DNA from: Alphaproteobacteria bacterium
GTDB taxonomy: Bacteria > Pseudomonadota > Alphaproteobacteria > CALKHQ01
NCBI GenBank assembly: GCA_965227515.1
Contig: CBDDFZ010000001.1
Coordinates: 3,615,692-3,679,691 of the forward strand
DNA length: 64,000 nucleotides
Direction: 5' to 3'
Shown: one piece after another, positions 54,931 to 64,000 of the stretch
Layout of the letters: each line of letters begins with the position of its first letter
Position numbering within the stretch: position 1 is the stretch's first letter
Made by a program: the position numbers and the translations under genes
Notes under the pieces: model-generated
The model's database searches: none
What the model was told of the DNA's origin: nothing
The model's input: only the letters and a program-made list of their open reading frames with translations

Positions 54931-56340
54931 ATGAGCACGGTACTGATCCGCAACGGCCGCATCATCACCGCCGTCGACGACTACAAGGCCGACATCGTGG
55001 TGCAGGACGGGCGCATCCACACCATCGGCCGCGATATCGAGGTCGGCGGCGATGTCGAGGTGCACGACGCCTCCGGCCTCTACGTCTTTCCCGGCGGCGT
55101 CGACGTGCACACGCACCTGGACTGGGAGTTCGGCGTCGCGCGCACCGTCGACACGTTCGAGACCGGCACCATGGCCGCGGCCTTCGGCGGCACCACCACG
55201 GTCATCGACTTCTGCAACCAGAACATGGGCGAGAGTCCGCTGGTCGGCCTGGAGGACTGGTACGGGCGCGCCGCCAGCGCCTGTGTCGACGTCGCCGCCC
55301 ATATGATCATGCTCGACGTCAACGACCAGTCGCTGGCCGACATGAAGACGCTGATCGACCGCGAAGGCGTGACCACGTTCAAGCTCTTCATGGCCTATCC
55401 CGGTGTGCTGATGCTGGACGACGGCGCGCTGTTCAAGGCGATGCGGCTGGCCGGCAACAACGGCGCTATGATCTGCGTCCATGCCGAGAATGGCGGCGTA
55501 ATCCAGGTGCTGGTCGAGGAAGCGGTCGCGGCCGGCAACACCTCGCCGAAGTACCACTCGATCACCCGGCCGACGATCATGGAGGGCGAGGCCACCCACC
55601 GCGCCATTCGAATCTCCGAACTGGCCGAGGTGCCGCTCTACATCGTCCACCTGTCGGCGGCCGAGGCGCTGTCGGCGGTGACCGAGGCGCGCGACCGCGG
55701 CATTCCGGTGCATGCGGAGACCTGCCCGCACTACCTGTTCCTGACCGACGAAGAATACGACCGGCCGGAGTTCGACGGCGCCAAGTATGTGATGACGCCG
55801 CCGCTGCGCACCCACCATCACCAGGAGGCGCTTTGGCGGGGGCTCAGGACCGACGACCTGCAGGTGATCTCGACCGACCATTGCCCGTTCTGCTTCGCCG
55901 AGCAGCCCTATGGCATCAAGTTCTCCAAGCAACAGGGCATCGACGACTTCAGCAAGATCCCGAACGGCGCGCCGGGCCTGGAGACCCGCCTGCCGCTGGT
56001 GTTCGACGGCGGCGTGCACGACAAGGGCATGTCGCTGAACCGGTTCGTCGAGCTGACCGCCACCACGCCGGCCAAGCTGTTCGGCCTGTTCCCGAAGAAG
56101 GGCACCATCGCGGTCGGCACCGACGGCGACATCGTGCTGTTCGACCCGAACGAGAAGTGGACCATCCGCGCGGCCGAGCACCACAGCCGCATCGACTATT
56201 CGCTGTTCGAGGGGCGGCAGGTCACCGGCCGGGTGAAGAAGGTGTTCTCACGCGGCCGCATGGTGGTCGACGGCGACAACTGGCACGGCAAGGCCGGCGG
56301 CGGCCAGATCCTGAAGCGCGGCCAGGCCGGGATGGCTTGA
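54931..56340 (+). CDS. dihydropyrimidinase/D-hydantoinase (cyclic amidohydrolase)
   Basis: Metal/carboxy-Lys positions are visible: VDVHTH, FKLFMAY, VHAEN, IVHLS, STDHCP. The second ATG is preferred because of its spacing to the AAGGGGG SD. Confidence 0.9.
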   Translation: MSTVLIRNGRIITAVDDYKADIVVQDGRIHTIGRDIEVGGDVEVHDASGLYVFPGGVDVHTHLDWEFGVARTVDTFETGTMAAAFGGTTTVIDFCNQNMGESPLVGLEDWYGRAASACVDVAAHMIMLDVNDQSLADMKTLIDREGVTTFKLFMAYPGVLMLDDGALFKAMRLAGNNGAMICVHAENGGVIQVLVEEAVAAGNTSPKYHSITRPTIMEGEATHRAIRISELAEVPLYIVHLSAAEALSAVTEARDRGIPVHAETCPHYLFLTDEEYDRPEFDGAKYVMTPPLRTHHHQEALWRGLRTDDLQVISTDHCPFCFAEQPYGIKFSKQQGIDDFSKIPNGAPGLETRLPLVFDGGVHDKGMSLNRFVELTATTPAKLFGLFPKKGTIAVGTDGDIVLFDPNEKWTIRAAEHHSRIDYSLFEGRQVTGRVKKVFSRGRMVVDGDNWHGKAGGGQILKRGQAGMA

Positions 56341-56385
56341 GGTTCTCAACGTCATCGGTGCAGGTGGCGCAACACAAACAATCAC

Positions 56386-56926
56386 CGTCATGCCCCGGCC
56401 GGCCGGAGGCCGAGTCCCGGGTATCCACGTCTTTGAAACGGCAGACGATGCAAAGAAAGACGTGGATGCCCGCAACAAGTGCGGGCATGACGATTGTGAA
56501 TGATTTCAACAAGATACCCCGTCATTGCGAGGAGCGCCGAAGAACGGCGCGACGCGGCAATCCGCAGTAAACGTAGCCCGGGTGGAACGAAGTGTAACCC
56601 GGGGACATCGAGCCGCCGGCACCCGAACCCGGGTTCCGCTGCGCTCCACCCAGGCTACTTATGTTTGCCGGGACAACGAATAATCATCGTCGCCCTCGCC
56701 CTTGTGGCGAGGGCCTATTTGCATGGAAGTTCGAATTCGAGCCTGATGGGCCGCACAGTTGGACCCAGCCAATGACCTGCGCCTCCGCGACCAGTTGCCG
56801 AATGACCCGCATTCCTGGCGTATTGGACGTGAATGGGTCCTCGCCACAAGGGTGAGGACGACGACTGGATACAGCAATAGCCGTAGCCCGGGTGGAACGT
56901 AGTGGAACCCGGGGACATCGAACCGC
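56386..56926. repeat. composite cluster of at least four REP families
   Basis: 56386-56433 and 56457-56492 (CGTCATGC/ATCCACGTCTT family). 56520-56562 (CGTCATTGCGAGGAGCGC..GCGACGCGGCAATC; inverse copy at 761-798). 44-bp direct repeat GTAGCCCGGGTGGAACG.AGTG.AACCCGGGGACATCGA.CCGC at 56573-56616 and 56883-56926. Hairpins at 56689-56715 and 56833-56862 (family of 598-751). Confidence 0.6.
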
Positions 56927-57084
56927 AGGCACCCTAAATGACATTCAGACGCCATCGGCCCCCGTGCCGAGGGCCCATGGTTGCGGTAGCGCGCTCCGTC
57001 CCGTGGGAGCGCAACTACAAGGAACAGCGCTGCGACAGAACTTCTTCGCAACTATGGATCACATGAGGCAATCCATTGGCGCAA

Positions 57085-57119
57085 ATGCATAAATAGGCCC
57101 TCGGCACAAGGCCGAGGGC
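57085..57119 (-). terminator. putative intrinsic terminator after the dpp-like/SDR operon
   Basis: GCCCTCGGC-n5-GCCGAGGGC stem (57097-57119), followed on the minus strand by CTATTTATGCATTT. Confidence 0.4.
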
Positions 57120-57191
57120 GTCAAGTATTGATGAGATCGGCAGAGCCGTCGAAGCCTGCCAGTCGCCAAGCGCGGCCCCGACTGCCCTCAC

Positions 57192-57941
57192 TCAAATCAT
57201 GTAGTCGCCGCCGTTCATGTTCATCGACGCGCCGAGGTAGTAGGCGCCGTCGTCGCTGGCCAGCAGCAGGGCGGTCGGCGCCACTTCCGAGGTCTTGCCG
57301 AAGCGCCTGATCGGTAATTCGCCGAGCTTGTTGTCCAGCCAATCCTGCGGGATCGCGCGCAGCAGCGGCGTGTCGATAGGGCCCGGGTTGATGCAGTTCA
57401 CCGTGATGCCCTCGGCCCCCACCTCATAGGCCAGCGCGCGGGTGAAGCCCATGATGCCGGCCTTGGCCGCGCAATAGTGCACCATGGTCGGCGCGCCCTT
57501 GTGCGCCAGTTGCGACGAGAAGTTGATGATCCGCCCCCAGCCCTTGGCCTTCATTGCCGGCAGCACCGCACGGGTGCACAGGAAGGTGCCGCGCATGTGT
57601 ACGCCGATCATGGTATCCCACGCCTCGGTCGTCATTTCGTGCAGCATGCAGGTGGCATCGATGCCGGCACAATTGACCAGGATGTCGACGTCGCCGATCT
57701 CCGCCGCGATGGCGCCGAAGGCTTTGGTGACCGCTGCCTCGTCGCTGACGTCGGCGACCACGCTGGCCGACTTGGCGCCCGCCTGCATGTCCGCCTCCGC
57801 CAGCACGGCCGCCGCCGCATCGCCGTTCAGGTCGACCACGCCCAGCGCCGCCCCCTCGCTGGCGAACAACAGCGCGATTTCCTTGCCGATGCCGCTGCCG
57901 CCACCGGTGACCAGTGCCGCCTTACCCGCCAGTTTTCCCAT
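57192..57941 (-). CDS. short-chain dehydrogenase/reductase (FabG-like)
   Basis: TGGGSGIG cofactor motif and YCAAK catalytic motif. GGGAGAGGA SD. Confidence 0.9.
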   Translation of the reverse strand: MGKLAGKAALVTGGGSGIGKEIALLFASEGAALGVVDLNGDAAAAVLAEADMQAGAKSASVVADVSDEAAVTKAFGAIAAEIGDVDILVNCAGIDATCMLHEMTTEAWDTMIGVHMRGTFLCTRAVLPAMKAKGWGRIINFSSQLAHKGAPTMVHYCAAKAGIMGFTRALAYEVGAEGITVNCINPGPIDTPLLRAIPQDWLDNKLGELPIRRFGKTSEVAPTALLLASDDGAYYLGASMNMNGGDYMI

Positions 57942-59037
57942 GATCCTCTCCCGTTGCTTCCGCCCGTGCGCGTTCGGCGGCCTCGGCGGCCGACTTCAGC
58001 GCCGCCTCCGAGACACCCGCGCTCAAAATGCGCTCCGCCTCTTCCTGGAAGGCGGCGAAATAGTCCACGGCGCGCTCCTGGCGCGCAACTTCGTCGTGCC
58101 GCAGGCAATGCACCTGATGCCCTGGTTCGACGGTCTCGGCCGGCGGCCGGGTGGCGCGGCACCGCTCCTCCACCATCGGGCAGCGGCTGGCCAGAAAGCA
58201 GCCGTCCGGCAGGTCGATGGGGCTGGGGATCTCGCCCTCCAGCCTGATGTCGGTCTCCCGCCGCAGCCGGGGGTTCGGCAGCAGCACCGACGACAACAGC
58301 CCGACCGAATACGGGTGGCTGGGCGTCGCGAACAGCTTCGCCGCCGGCCCCTGCTCCACGATCATGCCCAAATAGAGCACCGCGACCCGGTGGCTGATGT
58401 GACGCACCGCCGACAGATCGTGGGAGATGAACAGGTAGGCAGTGCCCAGTTCCTTCTGCACGTCGATCAAGAGGTCGATCACCTCGGCCCGCGCGGTCGG
58501 ATCCAGCGCCGACGTCGGCTCGTCCAGAATGATGATCTCCGGGTCGGAGATGATCGCCCGCGCAATGCCGACGCGCTGCTGCAGGCCCATGGAGATTTCG
58601 GCCGGATAGGCATCCAGCAGTGTCTCGGTGATGCCGACCCGCGCCGCAGCCAGCCGGGTCTGATGGTCGCGGTCGGCCCTGTTGACGCCAGCCGCGCGCA
58701 GCGGCTCTGAGATCAACTGATGCACCCTGTGCCTGGGGTCGAGGGACTCCGCCGGCTCCTGGAACACGAGCTGCAACTTGCCGCGCACCTCCGGCGAGCG
58801 CACGGTGCGGCGCCCGCCCATCTGGAGGTCGCGGAAAGTGATGTTGCCGGCCGTCGGCCGGATCAGCCCCAGCACGCAACGGCCGATGGTGGTCTTGCCG
58901 GAACCGGACTCGCCCACCAGCGCCAGCGTCTCGCCATGGTCGAGCTGGAACGACACGTCGTTGACCGCCTGGACCACGGCCTTGGTCCCCGCAATCGGGA
59001 AGTGCTGGACCAGGTTTTCAACGGTCAGAATAGGCAT
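57922..59037 (-). CDS. oligopeptide/dipeptide-type ABC ATP-binding protein (DppF/OppF-like)
   Basis: GESGSGKTT, a degenerate signature motif (ISMGLQQRVGIARA where SGGQ is expected), ILDEPTS and a C-terminal oligo_HPY-like region with a ~50-aa tail. 20-nt overlap with the SDR gene. Confidence 0.9.
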   Translation of the reverse strand: MPILTVENLVQHFPIAGTKAVVQAVNDVSFQLDHGETLALVGESGSGKTTIGRCVLGLIRPTAGNITFRDLQMGGRRTVRSPEVRGKLQLVFQEPAESLDPRHRVHQLISEPLRAAGVNRADRDHQTRLAAARVGITETLLDAYPAEISMGLQQRVGIARAIISDPEIIILDEPTSALDPTARAEVIDLLIDVQKELGTAYLFISHDLSAVRHISHRVAVLYLGMIVEQGPAAKLFATPSHPYSVGLLSSVLLPNPRLRRETDIRLEGEIPSPIDLPDGCFLASRCPMVEERCRATRPPAETVEPGHQVHCLRHDEVARQERAVDYFAAFQEEAERILSAGVSEAALKSAAEAAERARAEATGEDHGKTGG

Positions 59038-59040
59038 CTA

Positions 59041-60063
59041 TCAGCGATCGATCGGGAAGTGGCAGCGCACGGCATGGTCGTCGCGCAGCGGACGCAACGG
59101 TGGTGCCTCTGCATTGCAACGGTCCTGCGCGCGCACACAACGGTGCCGAAACACGCAGCCGCCATCGCCGGCACGGGTGGTGGCATCCTGCGGCATGTCC
59201 TCGCGCAGCCAGTACCGGCGCAGCTTGGCGTTGTGGGAGAACGCGGCTAGCAGCAGCACCGTGTAGGGGTGGGCGGGGTTGTCGAAGAACTCGCCGCGCT
59301 TGGCGACCTCGACGATTTCGCCGGAATAGATCACCGCCACGCGGTCGGCGAAGTGGGCGGCGATGCCGATGTCCCGGGTGATGAACAGCATCGACGAGCC
59401 GCGATCCGCGATCAGCTTGCGCAGCAGCTCCAGCACCTGGGCCTGCACGGTGACGTCCAGGCCCGATGTGGCATCGTCGGAGATGATGAACTTGGGCGAG
59501 CACGCCAGCGCGATCGCCATCACCACGCGCTGCGCCATGCCGCCGGACAGCTCGTGCGGAAACGCCTTCATGCGGCGGGCGGGGTCCGGGATCTGCACGT
59601 CCCTCAATAGGGCCAGCGTGCGCGCCTTCACCTCGCGCTCGCCCAGCGACAGATGATGGCGCAGCACGTCGCCGATCTGGCGGCCCACCGTGCGCAGCGG
59701 GTCAAGCTCGCCGCGCGGGTTCGATACCACCATGGCGATGTCGCGGCCGCGCAGCTCGCGCAACCTGGTCTCATCGATGGTGGTGATCTCATGGCCGTCG
59801 AATGCGATCGAGCCGCTGTCGATGCGCCCGGGCGGCGGCACCAGCCTGAGCGCGGCGCGGGCCAGCATGGTCTTGCCGGACCCGGACTCGCCCACCAGCG
59901 CCACCACCTCCCCCCGGGCGACCGACAGCGTGATGTCGTGCAGCACGGTCTGGCGCGCGTGCCCAAACCTGGGAAACGACACCGACAGACCGCTGATGTC
60001 GATCAGCGGGGCGTTTGCCGCATCTTCGACCTGGTCGGTCATTTCGGTTGCCGGCAATGCCAT
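59041..60063 (-). CDS. oligopeptide/dipeptide-type ABC ATP-binding protein (DppD/OppD-like)
   Basis: GESGSGKT, LSGGMAQRVVMA, IISDDATS. Confidence 0.9.
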   Translation of the reverse strand: MALPATEMTDQVEDAANAPLIDISGLSVSFPRFGHARQTVLHDITLSVARGEVVALVGESGSGKTMLARAALRLVPPPGRIDSGSIAFDGHEITTIDETRLRELRGRDIAMVVSNPRGELDPLRTVGRQIGDVLRHHLSLGEREVKARTLALLRDVQIPDPARRMKAFPHELSGGMAQRVVMAIALACSPKFIISDDATSGLDVTVQAQVLELLRKLIADRGSSMLFITRDIGIAAHFADRVAVIYSGEIVEVAKRGEFFDNPAHPYTVLLLAAFSHNAKLRRYWLREDMPQDATTRAGDGGCVFRHRCVRAQDRCNAEAPPLRPLRDDHAVRCHFPIDR

Positions 60064-60112
60064 CTCAGCGCGCGCCCATTTCAGCGTGTGCCCATCTCAG
60101 CGTGTGCCCATC

Positions 60113-61123
60113 TCAGCGTGTACGGGGATCGATGGCGAAATAGATCAGGTCGACGATCAGGTAGATCACCAGCGACAGCACGGCGGAGGCTAGCACGAAG
60201 CCCAAGACCGGATTGAAATCGGCGTTGAGCACGCCATTGACCGCGTACTGTCCGGCGCCGCCCCAACTGAACACGATCTCCACCAGCACCGCGCCGCCGA
60301 TCAGGAAGCCATAGAGCACGCTGACGATGGTGACCACCGAGGGCAGCGCGTTGCGAAACGCCTTGCGCGAGATGGTCTTGGGCGGCAGGCCGCACATCTC
60401 CGCATACTTGCTGAAGTCGGACTCCAGCATGCGCTCCATCGTCGACTGGGTCATCTTCAGGATCGGGCCGGCATTGATCAGGCCCAGGGTCACCACCGGC
60501 AGGATCAAGTGGCCGGCGGCGTTCAGGAACGCATCCCAGTTGCCGGCGATGATGCTGTCGATCAGCAGCGACCCCGTGATCACTTGCGGCGGCAGGATGG
60601 AGAAGTCGATGCGGCCTAGTGGCGCCGGCACCGCGCCCAGGATGGTGTAGAAGACGAAGATCAGCACCATGCCCAGCCAGAAGTCCGGCAGCGCGCCGGC
60701 GAACAGGCCGTAGTAGTCGGCAATCTTGCGCAGCACACCCTTCTTGCGGCGGGCGCCGGCAACGCCGAGCGGCACGCCGATGACCAGGGCCAGCAACAGG
60801 CTGAGCGTGATCAGCTCCAGGGTTGCCGGCAAGCGTTGCGCCAGATCCTCGGTGACCGGCAGCGTCGTCTGCCACGACGTGCCCAGGTCGCCTTGCACGA
60901 CATTGCCCAGATAGATCAGGAACTGGTCGAACACGGACTCATCGAGCCCCAGTTCGGTGCGCAGGTCGGCCAGGGCGGATTCGGTGGCAAACGGCCCCAG
61001 CATCAGCACCGCCGGGTCGCCAGGGATCAGCTTGATCAACAGGAAGCTGACCAGAAGGATGCCGACCAGTTGCGGCACCACGAAGATCATGCGCTTGCCG
61101 ATATAGATGGCGAGGACGCGCAC
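60113..61123 (-). CDS. Dpp/Opp-type ABC permease (DppB-like)
   Basis: GTG at 61123 preceded by AAGGGGAG, 5 nt after the upstream stop. The N-terminus IGKRMIFVVPQLVGILLVSFLLIKLIPGDP is typical of DppB/OppB. Confidence 0.85.
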   Translation of the reverse strand: MRVLAIYIGKRMIFVVPQLVGILLVSFLLIKLIPGDPAVLMLGPFATESALADLRTELGLDESVFDQFLIYLGNVVQGDLGTSWQTTLPVTEDLAQRLPATLELITLSLLLALVIGVPLGVAGARRKKGVLRKIADYYGLFAGALPDFWLGMVLIFVFYTILGAVPAPLGRIDFSILPPQVITGSLLIDSIIAGNWDAFLNAAGHLILPVVTLGLINAGPILKMTQSTMERMLESDFSKYAEMCGLPPKTISRKAFRNALPSVVTIVSVLYGFLIGGAVLVEIVFSWGGAGQYAVNGVLNADFNPVLGFVLASAVLSLVIYLIVDLIYFAIDPRTR

Positions 61124-61128
61124 GGCCG

Positions 61129-62106
61129 TCAGCTCCCCTTGGCCGGCGTATCGGCCCGCTGCTCGACCAGCTCGCCGACAATGGCGCGGCGGCGCGCCGG
61201 GTCGGCCAGCGTCTCGATGCTGGAGCCGATCAACGCGAACGCGAACACCGTGATCGCCAGCGCCAGGCCGGGGAAGATCGACGGCCACCAGTGACCGGTG
61301 ACGATGTTCTGGAAGCCCATCGCGATCATGCTGCCCCATTCGGGCGTCGGCGCCTCCACCCCGGCGCCGATGAAGCTGAGCGCTGCGGTCAGCAGCACCG
61401 CCCAGCCGATGTTGACCGAAAGCTGCGCCAACACGGGTGCGATGGCATTGGGAATGACGTGGCGGGTCATGATCGCGAAGTCGGAGGCGCCGGCGACATA
61501 GGCCGCCTCGACATAGCGCAGGCGGCGGACGGAGAGCGCCTGCGCGCGCATCAATCTAAGGTAGATGGGCGCGTTCACGAAGGCGATGGCGAGCACGAGG
61601 CTCTGCACGCTCTGCCCCATCACCGCGACCACGGCGATGGCGAACACGAACACGGGAAACGCCTGGATCACATCGGCCGCGCGCATGATGAAGCCGGAGC
61701 CGATCTTGCCCCAGCCGCGCACGGACTCGTAGTAGCCGGCAATCGCGCCCAGCGCGACGCCGACGATGGCGGAGGTCAGGGTTCCGGCGAGTGCAATCGC
61801 CAGGTCGATGCGCGGCGCATAAAGGACGCGCGAGAAGATATCCATGCCGGTGGCATCGGTGCCCATCAGATAGGGCCAGCCCGGCGGTTGCAGATAGACC
61901 GACGGGTCGGCCTTGATCGGGTCGAAGGGTGCGACCACCGGCGCGAAGATCGCCAGCAGGATGATGATGCCGACCAGGATATAGCCCAGGGCAAATGACG
62001 GGCGGCGGCGCAGCACGGCGAGGAAGAACCTCAAACGGCCACGCCACGCGCCGCCGCGCGACGGCGATATGTGCGGGCGCACGGTGGCGCCCGCAGTCTC
62101 TGTCAT
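61129..62106 (-). CDS. Dpp/Opp-type ABC permease (DppC-like)
   Basis: 325 aa with the OppC_N-like segment LAIFAPVVAPFDP. Confidence 0.85.
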   Translation of the reverse strand: MTETAGATVRPHISPSRGGAWRGRLRFFLAVLRRRPSFALGYILVGIIILLAIFAPVVAPFDPIKADPSVYLQPPGWPYLMGTDATGMDIFSRVLYAPRIDLAIALAGTLTSAIVGVALGAIAGYYESVRGWGKIGSGFIMRAADVIQAFPVFVFAIAVVAVMGQSVQSLVLAIAFVNAPIYLRLMRAQALSVRRLRYVEAAYVAGASDFAIMTRHVIPNAIAPVLAQLSVNIGWAVLLTAALSFIGAGVEAPTPEWGSMIAMGFQNIVTGHWWPSIFPGLALAITVFAFALIGSSIETLADPARRRAIVGELVEQRADTPAKGS

Positions 62107-62136
62107 GCTCGCCTGCTCGGTCAGGGATTACCCCGA

Positions 62137-63795
62137 TCAGCCACGCGAGAAGTCCTGGAAACGCATGTTGTTGGACGTGTAGTACGTCCACCCCATCAGG
62201 TCCGCCTTTCGCGCCATGGTGTAGTTCGGGTAGGCGATGAAGGTCCATGGCGCTTCGTCCATGATGATCTCCTGCGCCTCGCCCATCGCCTCCAGCCGCG
62301 TGTCCTCGTCGGCGGTCGATGCGGCAATCGCCAACAGCTCGTCCACCCGCTCGTTCACGTAGTTGGAATAGTTCACGAAGCTCTCGGACTGGAAGTAGAG
62401 CTGCATGGAATAGCCGGGGTCCGGGCACCACGGGCTGTCGACGTAGAAGATCATCGGCTCGCCGCGCTGCGACACCGCATTGTAGAACGAGCCCGCCGGC
62501 ACCTTCTTGAGCTGCAGCTCGATACCGATCTCGCGCAGCGACGACTGGTAGAGGATGGCGATCGGCTCCTGCACCGGATCGCCGGCGTTGTAGGACAGCG
62601 TGGTCTCGAAACCGTCGGCCATGCCGGCCGCCGCCAACAGCTCGCGCGCCTTGTCCAGGTCGTATCCGTACGGATCGAGCTCGACGTAGCCAGGATAGAT
62701 GTTGGGCATGCAGCCGTTCAGCGGCGATGCCAGCCCCTGGTAGACCGACTGCATCACCTGCTCGCGCGGGAAGGCGAAATTCATCGCCCGGCGCACATCC
62801 GCATTGTCGAACGGCGCGATCTTCGCGTTGAGCTCGATCCAGATCATGAACGAGGCCGGCACGGTTTCCACCGCGACCTCGGGCACCGACTGCAGGCTGA
62901 TGATCTCCAGCGGCTGCAGGTACTGGGCGATGTCGACGGCGCCGCCCTGCAGCAACTGCACCCGCGCGGCCGACGTCGGCACCTCTCGGAAGATGACCGT
63001 GTCGATGGCGGGCTTGCCGGCCCAATAGTCCTCGCGCGCCCTGAACACGGCCTGCTGGCCGCGGGTGAGCTGCTCGATCACATAGGGGCCGAAGCCGGCG
63101 CTGTCGTTCTCGATGAACTGGGTGGCCCACGGGTCGTCGTCGGTGGCCATCTCCATGCACTTCACGGAGTCATAGATCGGGCCGCCATAGAGGTTGGGCT
63201 GGATCTTCAGCAGCAGCGGGTTCGGCTCGTCGAGATTGAACGACACCTCGTACTTGCTCTCCACGACCACGTCCTCGGGCCGGTTGAGGCCGATCACCGC
63301 GGTGTAGAACGCGCCCAGCGCCCCCAGGCCGAACTTGCGGTCCCAGGTCCATTTGACGTCGTCCGCGGTCAACTCGTTGCCCCAGTTGCTCATCACGCCT
63401 TCGCGCAGCTTGAACCGCGCGAAACGGCCCTCGGGGTCGATCTCCCAGCTTTCGGCCAGCTTGCCGACCATCTTCACGCCGCCCGGCTGGTCCGGGTGAT
63501 AGCTGATGTCCTCGCGGCTGGCCGTCGGCACGCCCTCGTCCGGGATGATCTCGAAGCCCAGCAAGTGGTCGTACATCGCCGCAATCGCCTCGAACGTGCC
63601 CAGCGACACGTCGAACTCGCAGTCCAGGCTTTGCGGGGTGGCGGGGGCCGCGATCACCATCGTCGTGCCGTCCTGGGCGGCGGCCGGCGAGATGCCGATG
63701 ATCTTCGGCATGACGGCAATGGACGCCAGCGCCGACGTGGTTTGCATGAACTTCCGGCGATCGACTGCCAGCTTCGGATTCCAACCAACCTTCAT
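62137..63795 (-). CDS. family-5 (DppA/OppA-like) ABC substrate-binding protein, Tat signal
   Basis: ATG at 63795 with a GGAGG SD. Leader DRRKFMQTTSALASIAV. The ORF-track start at 63804 is a GTG. Confidence 0.85.
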   Translation of the reverse strand: MKVGWNPKLAVDRRKFMQTTSALASIAVMPKIIGISPAAAQDGTTMVIAAPATPQSLDCEFDVSLGTFEAIAAMYDHLLGFEIIPDEGVPTASREDISYHPDQPGGVKMVGKLAESWEIDPEGRFARFKLREGVMSNWGNELTADDVKWTWDRKFGLGALGAFYTAVIGLNRPEDVVVESKYEVSFNLDEPNPLLLKIQPNLYGGPIYDSVKCMEMATDDDPWATQFIENDSAGFGPYVIEQLTRGQQAVFRAREDYWAGKPAIDTVIFREVPTSAARVQLLQGGAVDIAQYLQPLEIISLQSVPEVAVETVPASFMIWIELNAKIAPFDNADVRRAMNFAFPREQVMQSVYQGLASPLNGCMPNIYPGYVELDPYGYDLDKARELLAAAGMADGFETTLSYNAGDPVQEPIAILYQSSLREIGIELQLKKVPAGSFYNAVSQRGEPMIFYVDSPWCPDPGYSMQLYFQSESFVNYSNYVNERVDELLAIAASTADEDTRLEAMGEAQEIIMDEAPWTFIAYPNYTMARKADLMGWTYYTSNNMRFQDFSRG

Positions 63796-64000
63796 TGCCT
63801 GCACCCTCCGATGTTTTACGGCCGATAAGTCACTGCCGTCGCGGACAAGGTCCGACGAGAGCCATCACGGTTTCCCATCGCGGATGATGGAACACCTGAA
63901 ACCGAAAGACAATGGCCAATATTCCCAACAATAAATGCCAACGGCAGCGAAAAGAATACTGATGTTATCACGCCGCCAACACACAATATCTTTGCTGCGG

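Noticed and set aside
56341-57190. CRISPR array or small protein genes in the repeat-rich gap (also 560-813, 33850-34316 and 42108-42366)
   Set aside because: The repeats are heterogeneous, palindromic and irregularly spaced, and they belong to several families also found elsewhere in the window. There are no cas genes. The ORFs there (for example 'GPRHKGEDDE' peptides) are just translated hairpins.
63796-64000. AT-richer stretch at the window end as a possible foreign or mobile junction
   Set aside because: It is only about 200 bp, lies upstream of the binding-protein gene, and is consistent with an ordinary promoter/leader region. There is nothing diagnostic, and the window ends here.

Overview
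High-GC, almost fully coding catabolic region. It looks alphaproteobacterial, inferred from codon bias, Tat-type signal peptides and the REP families; GC content was not computed. I saw no rRNA, tRNA, CRISPR, integrase or transposase. About 55 genes fall into these modules. (i) 814-9881 (-): an 11-gene co-directional cluster with a TmoABCDE-order soluble diiron monooxygenase (no reductase gene), a triple-RidA fusion protein, a NodB-fold hydrolase, HypB/HypA nickel chaperones, and two ureohydrolase paralogues, one with a degenerate metal site. (ii) 9882-14000: a 351-bp divergent control region with phased CACGAA/TTCGTG boxes, an Lrp/AsnC regulator with a Lys/Ala/Gly-rich N-terminal tail, and a NitT/TauT-type ABC importer. 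(iii) A CUT1-type ABC importer plus HyuA/HyuB pair 1. (iv) An orphan homologue of the N,N-dimethylformamidase large subunit. (v) A sorbitol/mannitol-type ABC importer, mannitol dehydrogenase and a LacI regulator with palindromic operators. (vi) An isochorismatase-fold amidase and an Old Yellow Enzyme. (vii) HyuA/HyuB pair 2, divergent from an acyl-CoA dehydrogenase / CoA-transferase / MmgE-PrpD trio. (viii) A Pot-type ABC importer, HyuA/HyuB pair 3, a hydantoin-type racemase and an ornithine-cyclodeaminase-family enzyme. (ix) A second NodB-fold hydrolase, a small CxxC ORF, a COG0523 GTPase and a dihydropyrimidinase. (x) A Dpp/Opp-type ABC importer and an SDR. Most module borders carry REP/MITE-like repeats, and one repeat set lies inside the module iii operon. 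The best candidate for an undescribed system is module (i) with its regulator and transporter (ii): a diiron monooxygenase genetically fused to a Ni-chaperone-serviced heteromeric ureohydrolase. All functional calls rest on motif and family recognition by eye; no database search was run.
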